Of a stretch of 32,000 nt of DNA, positions 6,467-15,019 are shown piece by piece (the stretch's first letter is position 1; every line of letters starts with the position of its first letter). Made by a program: the position numbers and the translations under genes. The stretch is from Candidatus Saccharimonadota bacterium. GTDB lineage: Bacteria; Patescibacteriota; Microgenomatia; UBA1406; GWC2-37-13. The DNA lies in contig CP066689.1 in NCBI GenBank assembly GCA_016432445.1, positions 510,001-542,000 on the forward strand, given 5' to 3'. The notes beneath the pieces were generated by a model. It saw only the letters and a list, made by a program, of their open reading frames with translations. It was not told the origin of the DNA and ran no database searches.

Positions 6467-8614
6467 ATGGGAAGAAGAAAATCACTAATCAAGCTGCCGT
6501 TTTTAAAATTGAAGATAAATAAAAGAACAATATTCAGCATCATAGGACTGTTTCTGGTAACCTCAAGCATTATTATTTTGCTTTCTTTCTTTAATCTTCT
6601 GTCTCCAGATCAAGGCGGAAGAATGCTTACTAAAATCAATCAGTTAATTACTGAAAAGTTTGGGGTAATGGCATTTGCTGTTCCGTTTATTCTTTTGTTT
6701 ATTTCCGGGCATTTTTTTAATCACAAAAAATTAAAGATAGTCAAACTAAATGTTACGGTAGGTTTATTGCTCCTATTTATTTCATTGCTTGGTCTTTTTA
6801 GATTTGGAGAATGGGGTGATACAGTTGGAGAAAACCTGACATTGGATTTTACAGGTTTAGGAGCTTTTTTAATACTTACCTCATCTTTTGTTATCGGTCT
6901 TATCCTTTTTTTAAATACGTCAGTTGATGTCTTTCTTTTATTTATAGCTAAGTCTGTTTCATCAGCTTTTAAATTTTTCAAAAATAATTTATTTAAAGAG
7001 GAAAAAAGCTCAAAGAAAAATTTAGCTAAGGCAGATCAGAATAATGAGGAAGTTTTCATTAAAGATAAGGCTATTTTAAGCAAGCCAAAGCCAGCGGTTT
7101 CTCCACCTACTCCAACGCCGGCAAACCAAAATATTTCAATAGATAAAGAACTGGTAATGAGGTCTCTTTCGCAAACAACCTCTTCAACATGGGTTTATCC
7201 GCCACTAAGTTTGCTGCATGAGATGCCACAAAAAGGAGCCGAGCGCGGCGATGTCAATAAAAACGCTGATGTTATCGAAAAGACTCTTGATAGCTTTGGA
7301 ATAAGAGCCAGGGTATCTGAAGTTAATTATGGTCCTACTGTCACCCAATATGCCCTTGAGATTACCATGGGGACAAAACTTTCTAAAATTACGGCTTTGT
7401 CAAATGATTTGGCTCTGGCTCTGGCGGCTCCTACAGGCCAAGTAAGGATTGAAGCTCCCATTCCAGGTCGTTCTTTAGTAGGAATTGAAATACCAAATAT
7501 CAAACCTCAAATTGTAACTATAAAACAGCTCCTTGGCAGTTCGACATTTACCGAAAGTACTGATCCTTTGCTTGTACCGCTTGGTCTTGATGTTTCTGGT
7601 AAACCAATGGCGGCAACCATTGAAAAAATGCCTCATGTGCTTATTGCCGGTACTACCGGTTCAGGTAAATCAGTACTTCTTAACGCTTGGATTGCAACAA
7701 TTCTTTTTAGAACCAAACCTGAAGATGTTAACTTAATCATGGTTGATCCTAAGAGAGTTGAGTTGACTACTTACAATGGCATTCCTCATTTATTAACTGA
7801 GGTTATAGTTGAACCTGAAAAAATAATCTCGGCGTTAAAATGGACTGTGGCTGAGATGGAAAGCAGATATAAATTATTTTCACAAGCCGGCGCCAGAAAC
7901 ATTGAAGTATATAATGCTAAAGAAGGTGTGGAAAAAAAGCCTTATATTTTATTTGTCATTGATGAGTTAGCTGATTTGATGATGTTTGCTCCGCGTGACG
8001 CTGAGGACTTGATTACTCGCATTGCCCAGATGTCCCGCGCCACTGGGATTCATCTGATTCTTGCTACTCAAAGACCCTCAGTTGATGTTATTACCGGCTT
8101 AATGAAGGCTAACATTCCAACCCGTCTTGCTTTTAATGTCTCATCTCTCATTGATTCGCGAGTTATTATTGATACACCTGGTGCTGAGAAACTTCTGGGA
8201 AAAGGAGATATGCTTTATCTTCCTCCTGATCAAGCTAAGCCCCGCCGTATTCAGGGGCCTTATATAACCGATAAAGAAGTTAACGAACTGGTTAAATTTT
8301 TGCGCTCTCAAGTGCCTGTGGTTCACTATACTGAGGAAATTACTGACTCTTTAGCAAATTCTTCTATTGGAGTACTAATGCCAGGTTCTGTAGCTTCTGA
8401 TGGTAATAATGATGCATTATTTAGAGACGCAGTAGCTTTGATTACCCAATTTGATAAAGCCTCAGCCTCGCTTATTCAAAGAAAGTTTAAGGTTGGTTAT
8501 GCCCGCGCGGCAAGAATTTTAGACGAGCTTGAACAAGATGGTTATGTGGGGCCATCTGAAGGCTCTAAACCTCGTGAAGTCCTCAAAAGACCAGTTGAGG
8601 ATTTAGAAATCTAA
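6467..8614 (+). CDS. ftsK: DNA translocase FtsK/SpoIIIE
   Basis: 715 aa. N-terminal TM helices and a Pro/Ser-rich linker. Motor domain with Walker A GTTGSGKS and Walker B FVIDELADLMM. C-terminal gamma winged helix (ASLIQRKFKVGYARAARILDELEQDGYVGP). Confidence 0.95.
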   Translation: MGRRKSLIKLPFLKLKINKRTIFSIIGLFLVTSSIIILLSFFNLLSPDQGGRMLTKINQLITEKFGVMAFAVPFILLFISGHFFNHKKLKIVKLNVTVGLLLLFISLLGLFRFGEWGDTVGENLTLDFTGLGAFLILTSSFVIGLILFLNTSVDVFLLFIAKSVSSAFKFFKNNLFKEEKSSKKNLAKADQNNEEVFIKDKAILSKPKPAVSPPTPTPANQNISIDKELVMRSLSQTTSSTWVYPPLSLLHEMPQKGAERGDVNKNADVIEKTLDSFGIRARVSEVNYGPTVTQYALEITMGTKLSKITALSNDLALALAAPTGQVRIEAPIPGRSLVGIEIPNIKPQIVTIKQLLGSSTFTESTDPLLVPLGLDVSGKPMAATIEKMPHVLIAGTTGSGKSVLLNAWIATILFRTKPEDVNLIMVDPKRVELTTYNGIPHLLTEVIVEPEKIISALKWTVAEMESRYKLFSQAGARNIEVYNAKEGVEKKPYILFVIDELADLMMFAPRDAEDLITRIAQMSRATGIHLILATQRPSVDVITGLMKANIPTRLAFNVSSLIDSRVIIDTPGAEKLLGKGDMLYLPPDQAKPRRIQGPYITDKEVNELVKFLRSQVPVVHYTEEITDSLANSSIGVLMPGSVASDGNNDALFRDAVALITQFDKASASLIQRKFKVGYARAARILDELEQDGYVGPSEGSKPREVLKRPVEDLEI

Positions 8615-9085
8615 TTTATCTTGTAGATGATCGATTCCTCCGAATTCTTTTAAAACAATGGATTTAATCTTTGTTTTTAAATCAGGTCTGATGTGAGGAT
8701 AGGTCATCTCAGCTTCACCGCCAATGCTTTCACAGTCATCTTCGATAAGGATATCTGGCATTAATTTTTCAGCAACATCTTTATACTCTTCTCCTTTTTT
8801 TCTGAATAACAAATTCTGACAATCAGGAAAATTATACTTTTCAAGTACGTGCCTTATGTCATTTACTTCTTCTGGTGTGCTTCTTGAAGTTAGATAAAAT
8901 ATCTCCGCTCCTAGATTTTTCCATGAATGCAGTCTATTTGCAGGATTACCATTAGGAACGTAATTTTTATAGTCATAAACATCTTTTATTCCTTGTTGTG
9001 ATTGCTTAACTCTTTTCTCGCGAGAGATATCTTTAGCACATGAGGGCATAATAATAGTTCCTTCAGTAAAAATCAAAATTTTCAT
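8603..9085 (-). CDS. hypothetical protein, degenerate HAD-phosphatase-like
   Basis: 160 aa. The N-terminus MKILIFTEGTII resembles HAD motif I (hhhDxDGT), but both Asp are replaced (T, E). IEDD near the C-terminus resembles motif IV. The 3' end overlaps ftsK convergently by 12 nt. Confidence 0.4.
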   Translation of the reverse strand: MKILIFTEGTIIMPSCAKDISREKRVKQSQQGIKDVYDYKNYVPNGNPANRLHSWKNLGAEIFYLTSRSTPEEVNDIRHVLEKYNFPDCQNLLFRKKGEEYKDVAEKLMPDILIEDDCESIGGEAEMTYPHIRPDLKTKIKSIVLKEFGGIDHLQDKLDF

Positions 9086-9110
9086 AAGAGTGAATTACAC
9101 CCGCGGGGTG

Positions 9111-10079
9111 TTAGTTTAAATATTTGGCGATATTGGCGTTGTGTTCTTCAAGAGTGCGGGCGTAGCGCATTTTTCCGTCCTTGCCGGTTATATAAAACAT
9201 ATAAGGAGTTGATGGATCAGCATTGGCAACTGCATTTAATGAAGAAAAACTAGGGTTAGATATTGGCTCCGGGGGTAGTCCAGTGTTTAAATAAGTATTG
9301 TAAGGAGATTTTATTTTTAAATCCTCAAGGGTAAGATTTTTTTTCCACCATGTTTTTTCTTTTGGCTGATAGCCTAAAGCATACTGTATAGTAGCATCAA
9401 CCTGTAAAGGTACTTCGTTTTGCAGTCTTTTTAGCAAAATGCTGGCAACTTTCTGCCTAGCCTCATCAGATCTGGCTTCTCTTTCCACAAGTGATGCTAG
9501 TGTTACTGCTTCAGGTTCTGTTAATTCTAAATTTTTAACTTTAGTTTTTAGTTCATTAGTAAAACGCTGTTTGAAAGTAAAGTTTAAAATATCAATTATA
9601 CCTCCTGCTGTTGCCTGCCGGGGAATAAGGTAAGTATCTGGGAAAAGATAACCTTCTTCTGACTGGCTAATAAATTCTACTTCAGGGATATCAAGGCTCT
9701 TTGAAAAAATCTGAGCTACTTCTTCTTTACGCAAGCCTTCAATAATAGTTACCCAGACATCAAGGGTTCCATGAGTTAAGGTTTCCGCTATCTCATCAGC
9801 ATTCATTGAAGGTGAGAGCCTAAAGTCTCCAGCTTGAATTTTTTTCTCGATTCCCTTTTGTTTAATAATGAAATAAAAAACAACACTGTTTCTGATTAGT
9901 CCCTCGCGGGAAAGATTTTTTACAATATTATTAAGGCTTTCTCCTGGTTTAATAACGAATATTTTTGTAGATTTCTCATTTTTATCAACTGCGAGAGTAC
10001 CTTCCTTGTAAAAAAAATATAAGAAAGTAATCGCTAAGATAATTAAAGTAAAAACAGCTATGAACTTAGTCGATCTCAT
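9111..10079 (-). CDS. mltG: endolytic murein transglycosylase MltG (YceG family)
   Basis: 322 aa. Single N-terminal TM. YceG-like motifs LASLVEREA and YNTYLNTGLPPEPISNPS. Confidence 0.9.
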   Translation of the reverse strand: MRSTKFIAVFTLIILAITFLYFFYKEGTLAVDKNEKSTKIFVIKPGESLNNIVKNLSREGLIRNSVVFYFIIKQKGIEKKIQAGDFRLSPSMNADEIAETLTHGTLDVWVTIIEGLRKEEVAQIFSKSLDIPEVEFISQSEEGYLFPDTYLIPRQATAGGIIDILNFTFKQRFTNELKTKVKNLELTEPEAVTLASLVEREARSDEARQKVASILLKRLQNEVPLQVDATIQYALGYQPKEKTWWKKNLTLEDLKIKSPYNTYLNTGLPPEPISNPSFSSLNAVANADPSTPYMFYITGKDGKMRYARTLEEHNANIAKYLN

Positions 10080-11331
10080 ATATGGGCATATTTTGTAATG
10101 TTACCTCAGCTTCTTTTATCCGATAGCGGTCCTGAGAATAAAATAAAAGCAAAGGTTCTTTTTTTTCGACTTTTTCGTCAACCTTTTTTAAAAGATAAAT
10201 TCCGGCATATTTATCTTCCGGTGCACCCAAAATTTTAGCTACTGAATTCAAATTGTAATTGTTAATTTCCTTAATTGTACCATTTTTTTTAGGAAGAACT
10301 TCTTTTTTATGGGCTTTAGTTTTAAAGTTATCAGACGTTACTTGGTCATCTCCGCCTTGAGCTTTGATGATTTCTTTAAATTTTTTCAAAGCAATTCTTT
10401 CACTTAAGATTCTTCGTGCTTCCTCTTCTCCACTTTTATTAATGTGAGCATCCTTAAAACAAATAGTTAGAAGTTTTCCAGCCAAGCGTAAGGCTTTAGC
10501 CTCTAGTTTCAATGGCCTGTCTTTTTTTTGTTCTAAAACTTCAAGAACATCTTTGGCTTCAAGATATGGGCCGACGCCGCGTCCGGCCGGTTCAAATGTT
10601 TCACTTATATCAGTTATAACTTCCATATCAAAATGTTTACCTATCATCCTAAATTTTTTAGCCACTTTTTCCGCATCCTCAAAATGTCTTATTTTCATAG
10701 TTTTTCCAACAGGAATATCAAGAATTAAATGATTAGTTGAAGCGGCTACTTTTTTGGCCATAATTGAAACAATGACTTTGTCGAAGGATTCAAAAGATAA
10801 AGGTTCTTCGATTTTAATAATTATGTCATCAGCTGGTGCTATTCCTAAGTGACCTCCCCAGACTATGCAGCCACCGATATCATTAACAATTGATTCTATT
10901 TTTCTTTCGCTGATCATAACATTGCCCAAAAGTTCCATCACGTCGGCCGTGCCGGCTGGCGTAGTAATGGCTCGTGATGAAGTTTTGGGTATCTTAAATC
11001 CGGCGGCAGCTATTATGGGGACAATAATCATTGTGGTTCGAGTGCCGGCTACTCCTCCTGTTGAGTGTTTATCAGCAACAATACCTTTAAAATTAAGCTT
11101 AGTCCCTGTTTCTACCATGGCTCGGGTTAGGTAAACTAACTCTTCAGTTGAGAAGCCTTCTTTAAATGAAGCGGCTACAAAATAAGTTGTTAAGATATCG
11201 CTTAGCCGTTTATGGGAGATTTCATTCATTAAGTTAAAAACTTCACGGTAGGTAAGTTTTTTCCCAAGTAGTTTGTTTTGAATAGCTTTGATAGCTTCAA
11301 GATGGTGTTTGGTGTTTACAGCAGGGTTCAT
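10066..11331 (-). CDS. thymidine/pyrimidine-nucleoside phosphorylase family protein (possible AMP phosphorylase type)
   Basis: 421 aa. Glycosyltransferase family 3 core with DKHSTGGVAGTRTT and a C-terminal PYNP-like domain. Substrate specificity cannot be assigned from sequence by eye. Overlaps murJ (ATGA, 4 nt) and mltG (14 nt). Confidence 0.8.
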   Translation of the reverse strand: MNPAVNTKHHLEAIKAIQNKLLGKKLTYREVFNLMNEISHKRLSDILTTYFVAASFKEGFSTEELVYLTRAMVETGTKLNFKGIVADKHSTGGVAGTRTTMIIVPIIAAAGFKIPKTSSRAITTPAGTADVMELLGNVMISERKIESIVNDIGGCIVWGGHLGIAPADDIIIKIEEPLSFESFDKVIVSIMAKKVAASTNHLILDIPVGKTMKIRHFEDAEKVAKKFRMIGKHFDMEVITDISETFEPAGRGVGPYLEAKDVLEVLEQKKDRPLKLEAKALRLAGKLLTICFKDAHINKSGEEEARRILSERIALKKFKEIIKAQGGDDQVTSDNFKTKAHKKEVLPKKNGTIKEINNYNLNSVAKILGAPEDKYAGIYLLKKVDEKVEKKEPLLLFYSQDRYRIKEAEVTLQNMPIYEID

Positions 11332-12956
11332 GATACTTGTGAGTAAATTTCTATAATCTTTTTTTGATACTCTTTTACCTTTACGATCATTTTGGATATG
11401 AGATAAAATTCTCTGATATTAAATATCCATGCAAAAAGTAAGTAGAGTAGGACATAAATTGTGCCTGTTACACAAATAAGAAAGAAAACATTGATAGTAC
11501 GGGTTGTGTCAAAGATGAGGTTATCAAAAAGTTTAAGGACATAATAAACAAAGGTTGATGATAAGATGGTGGCAAAACAAATTTTTAAAGTTTCAACAAT
11601 CAAAGTCTTAACCGCATATCCATTAAGTTTTATATAAAGAATAATCATAAGCAGTATGACATTAAGTATCATAGCAACAGAAAATGATATGGCTAAAGAC
11701 CATACAGGCAATTTTAATATTAATATGAATAATACGCTAAGAGTGATATTAACCAGGAGGGAAATAAAGCTTAGATAAAAAGGAGTTTTGCTGTCAAACA
11801 AAGCATAAAAGCATCTAGTTATAAAGTAATAAATAGCATGAAAAGGCAAAGCTAAAGAAAAATAAGAAAGAGTAACTGCAGTTAATACAGTGGCATCCCA
11901 GTCAAACTTCGGGCCTCCAAAAAAAAGTCTGATCACTGGAGTGCGGGCAAAAATGAAGAAAGAGGCGATAGGTATTGTAAAGAAAAATAAACTTAAAATA
12001 GAGTCAATAATAACTCTTTTTAAATCTTCAAACTTCTTCTGTTGATACATGTCTGAAAGATAAGGTAGAGATGCTTGGCCAAAAGCTATTCCCAGTACGG
12101 CAACAGGTAGAAGCTGAAGATGTTGAGCAAAATAAAAAACAGTATAAGAACCAGCACCAGCTAAACTAGCTAAAGTCAGATCGATGGTAACATCAATTTG
12201 AGCGATAATAATCGTAAATACTCTCGGTACAATCATTCTAAAAAAATCCCAAAGTTCTTGAGCTTTCTTAATAATAAGTTGATAATGAAACTGAGCAAGA
12301 GAGATGATTGGCAGCTGAACTAATAAAAACAGCAAAGCTCCAAAAATAACTCCGATAACTGGAGCTAGAAGATTTAAAGAAGAGGCAAAAATAAAAGTCA
12401 TAACAATAATCATGACATTGTAAAGAATTGGAGCGATAGCAGGAATAAGAAACATTCTTTTAGCCTGGCTTATTCCGGTTAAGAAATTGCCTAAAGCTAA
12501 AAAAGGCAGTTGACCGAAAAGCAGAATTTGAGAAAAAAAAGCAATTTGTTTAATTTTTTCTTTATCAAATCCAGGAGTGATAAAAGAGATTAAAGGATAG
12601 GAAAATATCGTAAGGACAATAATCAGTCCAAAAAGAAAAAGGGTAAGGATATTAATTATTGAGGAAATGTACTCATCCTGTAATTTTTTATTATTCTGAT
12701 ATTTAATATAAAAAGGAATAAAAGAGGCAGTTAAAGCTCCGCTTATAAGTATCTCAAAAATGAGATCTGGAAGTCTAAAGGCCGCAAAATATATATCCAG
12801 TTGTTCAGCAGTAAAATAGCCTGCCAGGACGCGGTAACGGATAAAACCAAAGATTCTGGCGACAACAATCATTGAAGCCAAGATAAGAGTTGATGAAAAC
12901 ATGCTTTTCTGCTGAGAGATGATAAGTTGTTTTGTCTGGCTAAATATTTTCTTCAT
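11328..12956 (-). CDS. murJ: lipid II flippase MurJ (MviN)
   Basis: 542 aa polytopic membrane protein. MurJ-like N-terminal region (RVLAGYFTAEQLDIYFAAFRLPDLIFEILISGALTASFIPFY). Confidence 0.88.
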   Translation of the reverse strand: MKKIFSQTKQLIISQQKSMFSSTLILASMIVVARIFGFIRYRVLAGYFTAEQLDIYFAAFRLPDLIFEILISGALTASFIPFYIKYQNNKKLQDEYISSIINILTLFLFGLIIVLTIFSYPLISFITPGFDKEKIKQIAFFSQILLFGQLPFLALGNFLTGISQAKRMFLIPAIAPILYNVMIIVMTFIFASSLNLLAPVIGVIFGALLFLLVQLPIISLAQFHYQLIIKKAQELWDFFRMIVPRVFTIIIAQIDVTIDLTLASLAGAGSYTVFYFAQHLQLLPVAVLGIAFGQASLPYLSDMYQQKKFEDLKRVIIDSILSLFFFTIPIASFFIFARTPVIRLFFGGPKFDWDATVLTAVTLSYFSLALPFHAIYYFITRCFYALFDSKTPFYLSFISLLVNITLSVLFILILKLPVWSLAISFSVAMILNVILLMIILYIKLNGYAVKTLIVETLKICFATILSSTFVYYVLKLFDNLIFDTTRTINVFFLICVTGTIYVLLYLLFAWIFNIREFYLISKMIVKVKEYQKKIIEIYSQVS

Positions 12957-13010
12957 TGATTACTTCATGTTATGAATTTCCGATGATGAAATTATAGCCT
13001 AATACTAGAC

Positions 13011-13041
13011 AAAAAACACTACTTTGAAAAGTTTGGTAGTA
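13011..13041 (-). terminator. weak terminator-like hairpin plus U6 after the six-gene operon
   Basis: The minus-strand RNA UACUAC...GUAGUG forms about 6 bp with a large loop, followed directly by UUUUUU (A6 at 13011-16 on the + strand). It begins 17 nt after the stop at 13058. Confidence 0.35.
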
Positions 13042-13057
13042 GGTAGAGGACATAATT

Positions 13058-13939
13058 TTAATCTATGATTTTAATATCACCATCAAATTTAAGTTTTTTT
13101 AATTTCTTCAACTCTAAAATTTGGTTTTTAGTTTGTTTAGATGAGACAATAAAAGATTCATTTTCCTTTCCAACTTCTTGAAGGTGGGGAAAGGTAGAAG
13201 CGAAATCATTAATATTTAAGTTATGTATGTCCAATTTCCTTCCGACTTTTCTTAAATTTGGGACTAATGCTAGGTTTGAATCATTAATATAACAACTAAA
13301 ATAAATTTCCTCAAGTGATGGAAAAGGATTCGTTTCATTCGATTGGATATATATATGTCCTGCTTTCTTAAGTTTGGGAGCTGATTTGATCCTCCCCCCA
13401 AAAAAACCTGCTACTTCTTCCAATGAATCAAAACAAACTGAATGTTTGGTAATTTCCAAATTACCGCCAACCTTTTTTAGTCTTTTAACAGAAGATATGT
13501 TTGTATTATGAGCCATTAAATTTCCATCTACTTCTTCCAAATAATCAAGAGACTTGAGAGAATTAAAAGGGAAACTGGTATTGCCGAATATTTTTTTTAT
13601 AATATTGGGAAAATAACTTGCATTTCCAGGTTGCTCATAATCCATTTTAAGGATAACTCTTTGGGAATCATCAAATAATAATGCTGGGGTAAAAGTATCA
13701 AGATCGTCTCCATGAGATTGATAGCGCCAAATTCTCAAAATCTCTATCACTTTTTTCTGAAAATCATCAGATAATTTTTGTTTACTGCCGGCAATATCTG
13801 AGCATCTATCATCAAGACGAGTTCTGACTTCATCTGTTGGGTTTCTTATGTATTCATCTATTGTTTCTGATAAAACCCTGAGTTTATCTTCCAAAGGCGC
13901 AAGCCGGTCTTTGAAGGTTTGGCAGTAAGTGGTTAACAT
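13058..13939 (-). CDS. solenoid-repeat paralog 1 ([FY]CQTF N-module + LEEV/LKKxG repeats + KLKF-G tail), unknown function
   Basis: 293 aa. MLTTYCQTFKDRL..., FDDSQRVIL, YFPNIIKKIFG. LEE-type units DYLEEVDG, DSLEEVAG, PSLEEIYF, PHLQEVGK alternate with RLKKVGGN, KLKKAGHI, NLRKVGRK. Tail KLKFDGDIKI. No signal peptide or TM. Confidence 0.8.
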   Translation of the reverse strand: MLTTYCQTFKDRLAPLEDKLRVLSETIDEYIRNPTDEVRTRLDDRCSDIAGSKQKLSDDFQKKVIEILRIWRYQSHGDDLDTFTPALLFDDSQRVILKMDYEQPGNASYFPNIIKKIFGNTSFPFNSLKSLDYLEEVDGNLMAHNTNISSVKRLKKVGGNLEITKHSVCFDSLEEVAGFFGGRIKSAPKLKKAGHIYIQSNETNPFPSLEEIYFSCYINDSNLALVPNLRKVGRKLDIHNLNINDFASTFPHLQEVGKENESFIVSSKQTKNQILELKKLKKLKFDGDIKIID

Positions 13940-13942
13940 ATA

Positions 13943-15016
13943 TTATTCAACTTTTATTTTCCCATTGAAGCTCAATCTTCCGTTTTCTCTTAAAGCTTCA
14001 ATTTGTTTTTTAATGTAATTTCTAGGTACATGAAAAGATTCATCTTCATTATCATTATTTCTTGTAGAACCAACAGCTGATAGATTAGGAAAAGCACTAT
14101 GGAAGTCAGTTATCTTAGTTTTATCAATAATCATTCTTCCTCCGATTCTTCTTAAGCTTGGTAGAGATATTGCCGGATTGCTCGACTTGATTGTAAAACT
14201 ATCTGTGACTTCTTCCAATAAAGGTAAAGGATCAGTATTATGTGTCTTAATATCGATGCTTCCGGCCTTTTTGAGTTTTGGTGAAGAATCGCAGTGTGCA
14301 TAAAATTCTTCTCCGACTTCTTCAAGTAATGGAAATTGTGTTAATGTATCTACCACAGAAGTGAGATGTGAACCCACTCTTTTCAAGCGAGGTAATGATG
14401 TAATCTTTTTACTATAGTCGATGTTTAAATAACCTTGAACTTCTTCTAAATAATCCATCTGTGTAAGTGATTCTGCGAATATGAGTGCGTTACCGCCAAT
14501 TTTTTTTAATCTGCCAATTGATTGTAATAAAGGAGCGATATTTATACGAAAATCTCCTTCGATTTCTTCTAAATAATCTAAATTTGTTATATGTGATCCA
14601 TATAAGTCTAAATCTCCAATAATTTTTCTTATCAAACCCGGAAAATAGCTAAGAAAAGAGTTTTTGTTACCACGGTAGAAAGGGTTAATAGCAGGGACTG
14701 GCTGATCTTGGGAACTGTAATTAATGTTTCCTTTAATAACAACTCTTTGATTATCCTCAAAATCTATACTTCTCAAGAACTCTTCTCTTTGCTTTTTATC
14801 AGTATAGGGATACCAATGCATGAGCATCTCTTTTACCTGTTGCTGGTACTCTCCAACAAAATCTTGGTGAAGAGCCTTTAATTCATTAAATCTTTTTTCT
14901 AATTCTTGAGAAGGATTTGACATATACGCAAGTACTAAATTATCAATTTCCCTTAATTGCTCAGGCAAAGGTTTAAATCTTTCTTGAAATGTTTGACAGA
15001 AAGTAATAGGGGACAT
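13943..15016 (-). CDS. solenoid-repeat paralog 2 (same family, one extra repeat pair)
   Basis: 357 aa. MSPITFCQTFQERF..., HWYPYTD, FEDNQRVVI, YFPGLIRKIIG. Five LEE-type units (DYLEEIEG, DYLEEVQG, PLLEEVGE, PLLEEVTD, PNLSAVGS) and four L[KR][KR]xG units. Tail RLSFNGKIKV. 3-nt gaps to both neighbours. Confidence 0.8.
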   Translation of the reverse strand: MSPITFCQTFQERFKPLPEQLREIDNLVLAYMSNPSQELEKRFNELKALHQDFVGEYQQQVKEMLMHWYPYTDKKQREEFLRSIDFEDNQRVVIKGNINYSSQDQPVPAINPFYRGNKNSFLSYFPGLIRKIIGDLDLYGSHITNLDYLEEIEGDFRINIAPLLQSIGRLKKIGGNALIFAESLTQMDYLEEVQGYLNIDYSKKITSLPRLKRVGSHLTSVVDTLTQFPLLEEVGEEFYAHCDSSPKLKKAGSIDIKTHNTDPLPLLEEVTDSFTIKSSNPAISLPSLRRIGGRMIIDKTKITDFHSAFPNLSAVGSTRNNDNEDESFHVPRNYIKKQIEALRENGRLSFNGKIKVE

Positions 15017-15019
15017 ATT

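Noticed and set aside
8603-8614. 12-nt convergent overlap of the ftsK and HAD-like ORF 3' ends as a regulatory antisense arrangement
   Set aside because: Short 3' overlaps are common in compact genomes. No additional structure or motif was seen.
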